NCBI GenBank assembly: GCA_963762255.1
Contig: CAVXKA010000002.1
Span: forward strand, 832,001-896,000
DNA: 64,000 bases
Reading direction: 5' to 3'
Origin: Candidatus Eiseniibacteriota bacterium
GTDB taxonomy: Bacteria > Eisenbacteria > RBG-16-71-46 > JABDJR01
Shown: piece after piece, positions 57,190-64,000 of the stretch
Layout: every line of letters starts with the position of its first letter
Position numbering within the stretch: the stretch's first letter is position 1
The notes under the pieces: model-generated
Told to the model about the DNA's origin: nothing
The model's database searches: none
The model's input: only the letters and a program-made list of their open reading frames with translations
Translations under genes and position numbers: made by a program

Positions 57190-59094
57190 GTGAACGCGCA
57201 ACGTTTGCTGCTCCGTCTCCCCCGCCGACTCGGTCCCGCCCGTGACCTGCTCCTGTCCAGCATGGCCGCGGCGGTCCTGCTGGTCGGTGGGGCCGTGTTC
57301 CCGCCCCAGACATCGGCACAGGCGCCAGCGGTTTCCAGCCCGGCCATCTCCGCCGACAGCCTCATCTCCGGCGTCCGCTGGCTCGCCGACGACGCCCGCG
57401 AGGGGCGCATGACCGGCAGTCCCGGAGCGGACGCCGCCGCGGCCTGGATCGCGTCGCGGTTCGCCTCGGCGGGGCTCTCGCCGGCCGGCGACGACGGCAC
57501 CTTCATGCAGCGCTACGACGCCACGATCGGCGTGCGACTCGGCGAGGGAACCGCGCTCGCCTTCGACGGGATCGACGGGCTGGGTCAGTTGAAGGTGGAG
57601 CGAGATTTCGTCCCATTCGGCTTCAGCGAGAACGGCACGGTGGAGGCGCCCCTCGTCTTCGCGGGCTACGGCATCACCGCCAAGGATCTCAATTACGACG
57701 ACTACGCCGGCCTCGACGTGAAGGGGAAGGCGGTCCTGGTGCTGCGCCACGAGCCGCAGCAGAACGACACGTCGAGCGTCTTCGCCGGGACCTCGTGGAC
57801 CGATCACGCCATCTTCCGCAACAAGGCGGTGAACGCGCGCGACCACGGCGCGGTGGCTCTCATCATCTTCACGCCGCCCAAGAGTGCCGGGTACGAGGAG
57901 GACAAGCTCACGCCGCTCTCCGGCGCCGAGGGGATCGGAGGCGGAAGCCTCCCCGCCCTGCACGCGAAGAAGGAGGTCGGCGAGGCGCTGCTGCGCAAGC
58001 TCGGTGTGGACGTCGCGAAATGGGTCGAGGACGTGGATGGCGATCTGAAGCCTCGCTCGGCGGCGTTCCCCGCCGAGGTCACGGCGCGGCTGACGGTAGC
58101 GGTCGAGAAGGACCGGCGGCCCACGGCGAACGTCGTCGGTCTCCTGCGCGGCACCGATCCCTCCGCGGGCGCGGTCATCCTGGGCGCGCACTACGACCAC
58201 CTCGGGCGCGGCAACTCCAGCTCGCTCGCCCCCGACCAGCTCGGTCAGGTGCACAACGGCGCCGACGACAACGCATCGGGCACGTCGATGCTGGTGGAGT
58301 TGGCGCGCGTGTTCGCATCGGAGCCGCGCCTACGCCGCACGCTGGTCTTCGCCGCGTTCTCGGGCGAGGAGCTGGGGATTCTGGGCTCGTCGTATCTCGC
58401 CTCACACCCGCCGGTCGCACTCGACTCGGTACAGGTCATGATCAACATGGACATGGTGGGGCGGCCGCACGACAACAAGATCACCGTGGGCGGGGTGGGT
58501 TCGTCTCCTGGGTTCACCGACGAGGTGAGGCGTGCGGGCGAAGCGGTCGGGCTCGGCGTTTCGACGAGCAAGAGCGGCTACGGCGCGAGCGACCACACCG
58601 TGTTCTACGCGAAGAGCGTGCCGGTGCTCTTCTTCTTCAGCGGTCTCCATGAGGACTACCACAAGCCGAGCGACGACTGGGAAAAGATCGATCGCGAGGG
58701 AATCACCGAGGTCGCGCGTATGGTGCACACCGTAGCGCGGGATCTCGCCGAGCGCGAGGATCGCATCGCGTTCGTGAAGGTGGCGGAGGACAGCGCGGGC
58801 GCGCAGGGGCACGGCGCGGGCGGAGGATACGGAGCGTACCTCGGCACCATCCCCGACTTCGGCGACTACGAGGGCGGCGCGAAGCTATCCGGCGTGAAGG
58901 CGGGGAGCCCGGCGGACAAGGCCGGCATCCAGGGCGGCGACGTGATCGTCAACTTCGGCGGCCGGGAGGTGAAGGACCTCCACGGATACACCTATGCGCT
59001 GCGCGAGCACAAGCCGGGCGACAAGGTGACGATCGTGCTCCTGCGCGGCGAGGAGAAGATTACGGTCGAGGCGACGCTGGGGAGGCGGGAGTAG
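57190..59094 (+). CDS. Secreted M28 aminopeptidase with PA and PDZ domains
   Basis: EGRMTGS, VFAGYGI..DDYAG, GAHYDHLG, NGADDNASG, SGEELG, NMDMVG, SDH, DYHKPSD, YLGTIPD, PDZ. Confidence 0.93.
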   Translation: MNAQRLLLRLPRRLGPARDLLLSSMAAAVLLVGGAVFPPQTSAQAPAVSSPAISADSLISGVRWLADDAREGRMTGSPGADAAAAWIASRFASAGLSPAGDDGTFMQRYDATIGVRLGEGTALAFDGIDGLGQLKVERDFVPFGFSENGTVEAPLVFAGYGITAKDLNYDDYAGLDVKGKAVLVLRHEPQQNDTSSVFAGTSWTDHAIFRNKAVNARDHGAVALIIFTPPKSAGYEEDKLTPLSGAEGIGGGSLPALHAKKEVGEALLRKLGVDVAKWVEDVDGDLKPRSAAFPAEVTARLTVAVEKDRRPTANVVGLLRGTDPSAGAVILGAHYDHLGRGNSSSLAPDQLGQVHNGADDNASGTSMLVELARVFASEPRLRRTLVFAAFSGEELGILGSSYLASHPPVALDSVQVMINMDMVGRPHDNKITVGGVGSSPGFTDEVRRAGEAVGLGVSTSKSGYGASDHTVFYAKSVPVLFFFSGLHEDYHKPSDDWEKIDREGITEVARMVHTVARDLAEREDRIAFVKVAEDSAGAQGHGAGGGYGAYLGTIPDFGDYEGGAKLSGVKAGSPADKAGIQGGDVIVNFGGREVKDLHGYTYALREHKPGDKVTIVLLRGEEKITVEATLGRRE

Positions 59095-59158
59095 GGCGAG
59101 AGCGGGCCGCGGGCGGGGATGACGCCCGGGTGGACTTCAGCGAGTGTGGCCAAGCCAC

Positions 59159-59180
59159 GGATGCTCACCCGGGTGATCAC
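59159..59180. repeat. REP-like palindrome, copy 2
   Basis: GGATGCTCACCCGGGTGATCAC between convergent genes. Confidence 0.55.
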
Positions 59181-59329
59181 GGTCGAATCGCAAAGTCCAG
59201 CCGGCTGTACGCGCACGCGCGCGGGCGCGGGGCCCGGCGCCGCTAAGGAGCGAGTCGCGGACGCTCCAGCGGAGCGTTCGCGCGAGCGCGCCCGAGGAGG
59301 GCGCGGGGCGAGACGGCGAGAGCCGCGCA

Positions 59330-61675
59330 TCAGCGCACCTCGAACTCCACGAGGTCCCTTCCCCGCACGCCGGTGATCTCCAAGCGATGCAGACCGCGTC
59401 TCGGCATCCACAGCAGTTGTCCCTGCCCCCGGCCGTCAGGCGCGGCGGCCGCCGCAAGGTCCTCCCCGTCCAGGCGCCAGCGCGCGTCCTGCCCCACACC
59501 CACGGCACGGAACCGGATGGCTTCGCTCTCTGCAAGTTCCGGAGCCAGGTAGTAGATGCTCCTGTTCGCGGGTGACGTTATGCGCGGAGCGCCCTCCGAG
59601 GCGCCGGCCACCACCAGCCCCGCGTCCATCGCCCACGCGAGGTACTCGTCGGGCCACTCCACGACGCGGCGTTCGCGCTCGAAGCGGTGGAGCGCGCACG
59701 CCCCGCGCGCGGCCCACGCTTCGTCCGCGAACCACTCCAGCACCGTGCCTGTGCACGCGTCGCCGGGGCGCCCGCCGGAAAGCGCGCATACGGGATGCTG
59801 CCGCCAGCCGGCCGGAGGATCGGCGGACCAGGGGCGGCTCCCCACGTCGTGCACGTGGAGCATGATCTCGCGGAACACGGGCCCCGCACCGCGCACGCCG
59901 GCCGCGCCGCGCGCGGGAGTGCCGTCGAAGTTGCCGGTCCAGACCCCCACGACATGATCGCGGTCGAACCCCACGCACCACGCGTCGCGATAGCCCGTCG
60001 AGGTTCCGGTCTTCACAACGACCGGGAACGGCAGATCGATCGCGGAAGCGCTCCCGAACCCGGGCACGCGCGCGGCGTCGTCGGCGAGGATGTCCTGGAC
60101 CAGAAACGCCGAGGTCTCCTCGCACCACCGCGCGCCGCCGGCGCGGGCGAGCGGCAGCGCCCTCCCCCGCGCGTCTGCCGCCTCCAGCAGGAACGACGGC
60201 GGCCGCGTCAGACCGCCGCGCGCGAGCCCGGCGTACGCGTTGGTGAGATCGAGCAGCGTCACCTCCCCCACGCCGAGCGTCAGACCCAGCCCGTAGTGCT
60301 CCGCACCCAGAGAGAACGCGTCGAGCCCCGCAGCGCGCAGACCCTCCAGGACCCGCGACGTGCCCATCTGCTCCTGCAACCGCACCGCGGGCACGTTGAA
60401 GGAACTCGCGAGCGCAACCCGCATGCGCACCGGGCCGCGGAAGCGCCCGTCGTAATTGCGGGGCGATAGCGAGGCGCCCTCGACATCCACAGCTTCCATC
60501 GGCGTGTCCGCGAGAAGGTCCGCGGCCGAGCGCCCGCGATCGAAGGCCATCGCGTAGAGGAACGGCTTGAGCGCGGAACCCGGTTGCCGGGGGGCGAGCG
60601 CCGCGTTCACCTGGCCTTCGGCGGGGTCGGCCCAATCGGTGGAGCCGACCATCGCCAGCACCTCGCCGGATGGGATCGCCTGCACCACGACGCCGATCTG
60701 AGTGGCGCCCCCGTCCTCCGCGAGGCGCGCCTGCGCCGCGCGCACCACGGCTTCGATCTCACCCTGCAAGCGCGCGTCGAGCGTAGTGGTGAGCCGCGTC
60801 GCGCTCCGTGCGGACAGAGGGCGTTCAGCCAAGACCCAATCCGCGAAGTGCGGGGCTCGATGCGCCCCGACGGCTCGGCGCAGGTCGAGCGGCGCGTGAC
60901 GTGCGACGGCTGCTTCCTCCGCGGTCAGCGCGCCGCGACGCTCCATCGCGGTCAGAATGTGGTCACGGCGGCGCCGCAACGCCTCGGCTCCGCCCGCCGC
61001 GATGAACCGACCCGGCGCCTTGGGGAGGCCTGCCAGGGTGGCCGCCTGAGCGGGGCCAAGGCGGTCCGGAGCCACCTCGAAGTAGCTTTCGCTAGCCGCT
61101 CTAACCCCTTGAATCATGGGGCCATAGGGCGCGCGATTCAGGTACTGCTCGAGGATCTCGTCCTTGGACAGCGCCAGCTCCAATCGCACCGCCCGCACCG
61201 CCTCGCGGAGCTTTCCCGCCGGCGTGCGAGGCTCGGGCCAGAGGAGCCCGGCCAACTGCTGGGTGAGGGTCGATCCGCCTCCGGTGATCTCGCCCGCGCG
61301 CAGGTTCCGCCACGCGGCGCGCGCCACGCCCGCCGGATCCACGCCGGGGTGCGCGCGAAAGCGACGATCCTCCGCGGCCAGGGTCGCTTCAACCAGGAGC
61401 GGCGAGATCCGCGCGAGCGGGGTCCACATCGCGCGCGTCTCGGCGCCCCCCAAGGTCGTGCGCAACGGCGTCCCGTCGCGGGCGAGCACTTGCGCCGAGG
61501 CCACATCTCCGTAGTCGAGCGCGCTGCGATCGAAGGGCACTCGCGCCGCCCACACGAAGGCCCAGGCGAACGCGAGCGCGAGAGCCGCGAAGAGGGCCGC
61601 GCGCCTCGCCGGCCGTCCGCGCGTTCTCACCGACCGTCCGCGCATCCTCACCGCCCGCCTTCCGACTTCGCGCAC
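59330..61675 (-). CDS. pbpC: Penicillin-binding protein 1C (start uncertain; in-frame GTG also at 61630)
   Basis: AEDRRF..HPGVD, GGSTLTQQL, YLNRAPYG, GSALKPF, SFNVP, KTGTS; downstream of alpha-2-macroglobulin. Confidence 0.92.
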   Translation of the reverse strand: MREVGRRAVRMRGRSVRTRGRPARRAALFAALALAFAWAFVWAARVPFDRSALDYGDVASAQVLARDGTPLRTTLGGAETRAMWTPLARISPLLVEATLAAEDRRFRAHPGVDPAGVARAAWRNLRAGEITGGGSTLTQQLAGLLWPEPRTPAGKLREAVRAVRLELALSKDEILEQYLNRAPYGPMIQGVRAASESYFEVAPDRLGPAQAATLAGLPKAPGRFIAAGGAEALRRRRDHILTAMERRGALTAEEAAVARHAPLDLRRAVGAHRAPHFADWVLAERPLSARSATRLTTTLDARLQGEIEAVVRAAQARLAEDGGATQIGVVVQAIPSGEVLAMVGSTDWADPAEGQVNAALAPRQPGSALKPFLYAMAFDRGRSAADLLADTPMEAVDVEGASLSPRNYDGRFRGPVRMRVALASSFNVPAVRLQEQMGTSRVLEGLRAAGLDAFSLGAEHYGLGLTLGVGEVTLLDLTNAYAGLARGGLTRPPSFLLEAADARGRALPLARAGGARWCEETSAFLVQDILADDAARVPGFGSASAIDLPFPVVVKTGTSTGYRDAWCVGFDRDHVVGVWTGNFDGTPARGAAGVRGAGPVFREIMLHVHDVGSRPWSADPPAGWRQHPVCALSGGRPGDACTGTVLEWFADEAWAARGACALHRFERERRVVEWPDEYLAWAMDAGLVVAGASEGAPRITSPANRSIYYLAPELAESEAIRFRAVGVGQDARWRLDGEDLAAAAAPDGRGQGQLLWMPRRGLHRLEITGVRGRDLVEFEVR

Positions 61676-61695
61676 CGTCCGCGCGTTCTCACCGA
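61613..61695. repeat. Three copies of a 21-nt direct repeat at the A2M/pbpC junction
   Basis: CCGTCCGCGCGTTCTCACCGA at 61613 and 61675; variant CCGTCCGCGCATCCTCACCGC at 61634. Confidence 0.7.
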
Positions 61696-64000
61696 CCGCC
61701 TTCCGCCTTCGCTTGCCGCGTGACGAACGCGGGCGACGCGCTCGACGCGTTCAACTCCGGTGAGTACATCGCCTCAATGGTGGCCGGCGGGTGCCCGAAC
61801 GTGCCGACCGCACGAACCCGCGCCAGGTAGCGCACCTCGTACACGCCGGGCAGAACGTGATCGGCGTAGAGGCGCATCTCCCGATCGCGGATCTCGCTGA
61901 AGTCGACGGGTAGCGGTTCGTATCGGCCCGCGTGCCGGTCGAGCTTGCGCGCTTCGAGCACCGATTCCACCACGAAGTCCGTGTGCACGGCTTCCAGACC
62001 GGCGGGGAGCGGGTCGCGGATCGCGAGGTACCACGATTCGCGGGGAGCCACGATTTCGAGCGTGACCGCAACGAGATCGCCGAGCCCCGGCGCGCCGCCC
62101 CCGTTCAACCTCTCCACCTTCCGCAGCAGCGTGAAGCCCCCCTCCGTCGCCGCGCGATCGAGCGCGCCTTCCTCCCAGCGCAGCACCGCGCCGTAGAAGA
62201 CGCTGCTGCGGCGACTGCCCCCCTTGCGCTCGATCCTGAGCTTGACCGCCTTCCCCGGCGCGACCGACGCGGGCAGCGCCACGCTGCTCTCGGCGATCTC
62301 CAGCGTGCCGGCCTCGAACGCGCGGCTCATGAGCGGCTCGCGGGTTCCCTGCAACAGGACGTTCGCGTCGAAGGCCTCGGTGCTCGTGCCCTCCACGCGC
62401 GTCCGGTACTCGGTGAGCGCGAGCATCGCCAGCGCGTTGTCCTGCGTGCTCCCCCAATCGCCGTGCAGGCGCAGGCTCAGCAGGCCATAGGCCAACCGAG
62501 GCACCAGCGCATCCTCGGGGCGCGCCCGCACCGCGAGAAGGAGCGCGAGGGCCGTGCCGCGCACCCCGGTGCGCATCGGTTCCGCCACCGCCGAGCCCTG
62601 ATCCGCGGCGACCAACGCCCCCGCCGCGGTCACCTGGATGCGGTTCTTGACCTCGGCCAGCACCTGCGCAACGACGTCCGGGCGGCGACCCAGACGATGC
62701 AACGCCAACGCCAGGAACACGCGATCTTCGGGAGTCATGTACTGGATACCGTCCGCGAACGCGTCGACCTCGATCCCTTCGAGCACGGAGCGAGAGAGAA
62801 GTCCCTCGAACTCGACGGCCGCAAAGAGGAACATCCCGAGCGGGCGCCGGCCCGCCGAGCCGCTCTCTTCCCCCGACTCGGCCCCGCCGCGCAGCCACCG
62901 CTCGGTGACCTGGGCGGCGTGCTCCAGAAGCTCCTCGGGCACGTCCGCGCCGGCGCGCTTGGCCTGGGCCAGCGCGTAGGCCGCGTAGGAGGTCATCCAC
63001 GCCGGGGCCTCGGCGCCCCCCTGCGGCCAGAACGTGAAGGATCCCCACGGGAGTGTGAGCGCGCTCATCTGCCGGACCCCCGCGTTCAGCTTCGAGTCCA
63101 ACGTGAGACTATCCACCCAAACGGCGTTCGTGCTTTGAGATAGCTGCTTGTAGAGCGCGATAGCCAGAAGCCGGCTCGCGGTCTGCTCCAGGCAGCCGTG
63201 GGGATAGTCGAGGACGTTTCGGAAGGCCTGCTCCACCCCCGAGATCACGCTCGGGGAGAGCCGCATGTCGAGCGTGGCCGACCCTGGAATCGCGGCGGCG
63301 GGAAGCTGGATGATCTCGGGCTGCGTTCCGGAAGTGCGCCCGGCCGCGGCGGCGGTGCGGACGAGGCGCGGCTCGATCAACGGTACGCGCACCTCCACCG
63401 CGTCCTCGGCCCCTTCGAAGAGGGCGCGGAAACGCACGCGGGCCTCTCCCGCCACCGTCGCGCGCACCGGGAAGGCCACGCGCTGGGTTCGACCGGGATC
63501 GAGGCGCAGGGCTCGCGTAAGAGGCGCCGCGAGCAGATCGCTCTCCATGCTCACCGTCCCCTGGATCGCGCGGTCCCCGCGATTGGTGACGAGCACGGCG
63601 GCCTCGAACGCGTCCCCCACCCCGGCGAAGCGCGGAAGCGCGGGGTCCAGGGTCAGCGGTTTGGTCACCCGCAGGCTCCCCTCGCCGGCGCCGAATCGAT
63701 CCACGCCCGCGGCCGCCACGGCGACGATTCGAAAGCGCGTGAGGTTGTCGGGAAGCTTCACGTCCACCCGCGCGCGGCCGCTCGCGTCGGTGAACACGGC
63801 CGGACTCCAGTGCGCGACGGTGGCGAACTCGGAACGGTATCCGGAGCCGCTCGCGCCGTCGCCGCCGGCCTCGCCCTTCTCGTCCTCGAGTTGCTGCTCC
63901 GAACCGAGCCTGAGGCTCAATCGCGTGTCGTCGGTGCGCACGCCGAGGCCGCGCGGTGCGTAGAAGAACGCGAACGGATCGGGGATGGGCGTGCCGATGA
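61689..64000 (-). CDS. Bacterial alpha-2-macroglobulin, 3' part only (5' end lies beyond the right edge)
   Basis: KLPDNLTRFR, LPRF..GD, thioester motif YPHGCLEQ, WGSTQDN, DPLPAGLE, EAMYSP. Confidence 0.93.
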   Translation of the reverse strand, partial: IGTPIPDPFAFFYAPRGLGVRTDDTRLSLRLGSEQQLEDEKGEAGGDGASGSGYRSEFATVAHWSPAVFTDASGRARVDVKLPDNLTRFRIVAVAAAGVDRFGAGEGSLRVTKPLTLDPALPRFAGVGDAFEAAVLVTNRGDRAIQGTVSMESDLLAAPLTRALRLDPGRTQRVAFPVRATVAGEARVRFRALFEGAEDAVEVRVPLIEPRLVRTAAAAGRTSGTQPEIIQLPAAAIPGSATLDMRLSPSVISGVEQAFRNVLDYPHGCLEQTASRLLAIALYKQLSQSTNAVWVDSLTLDSKLNAGVRQMSALTLPWGSFTFWPQGGAEAPAWMTSYAAYALAQAKRAGADVPEELLEHAAQVTERWLRGGAESGEESGSAGRRPLGMFLFAAVEFEGLLSRSVLEGIEVDAFADGIQYMTPEDRVFLALALHRLGRRPDVVAQVLAEVKNRIQVTAAGALVAADQGSAVAEPMRTGVRGTALALLLAVRARPEDALVPRLAYGLLSLRLHGDWGSTQDNALAMLALTEYRTRVEGTSTEAFDANVLLQGTREPLMSRAFEAGTLEIAESSVALPASVAPGKAVKLRIERKGGSRRSSVFYGAVLRWEEGALDRAATEGGFTLLRKVERLNGGGAPGLGDLVAVTLEIVAPRESWYLAIRDPLPAGLEAVHTDFVVESVLEARKLDRHAGRYEPLPVDFSEIRDREMRLYADHVLPGVYEVRYLARVRAVGTFGHPPATIEAMYSPELNASSASPAFVTRQAKAEGGR

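Noticed and set aside
61613-61710. CRISPR array
   Set aside because: Repeats are adjacent or irregularly spaced without unique spacers, overlap coding ends, and no cas genes are present.
1-64000. tRNA, rRNA, IS transposase, integrase or prophage genes
   Set aside because: No cloverleaf/T-loop signatures, rRNA segments, DDE or tyrosine recombinase motifs, or phage structural genes were recognised by eye. A tRNAscan-SE/HMM run would be needed to exclude them formally.

Overview
GC-rich (by eye about 65-70%) bacterial chromosomal window that is mostly housekeeping. It holds hemN (cut by the left edge) and hemE, cdd, mazG, two tandem XRE-cupin regulators, rsgA, a MoeB/MoeZ plus JAB pair, selD, transaldolase, alr, an lpd-E1a-E1b-E2-lipB-lipA 2-oxoacid dehydrogenase operon, sppA, a two-component pair, a heme A/O and cytochrome oxidase assembly operon, an M32 carboxypeptidase, queG, an FHA-GAF-PP2C phosphatase, a radical SAM enzyme, an M28 peptidase, and pbpC with alpha-2-macroglobulin (cut by the right edge). 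Secreted proteins end either in FlgD-Ig-like C-terminal domains or in a TWGxx[KR]xx[YF] tail, which suggests an FCB-related candidate lineage such as Eisenbacteria/Krumholzibacteria/Latescibacteria (inference only). Signals the ORF track misses: (1) selD has an in-frame UGA at codon 17 with a SECIS-like hairpin; (2) a decaying integron cassette array with attC sites and no integrase in the window lies at about 31.5-35.9 kb; (3) a promoter-to-terminator, heavily base-paired ~340-nt RNA candidate carrying a 10-codon ORF lies at 43.93-44.28 kb on the minus strand; (4) several genes look leaderless; (5) single-base frameshifts split rsgA, the histidine kinase and a TPR metalloprotease, probably assembly errors. 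All calls come from reading motifs by eye; no database search was run.
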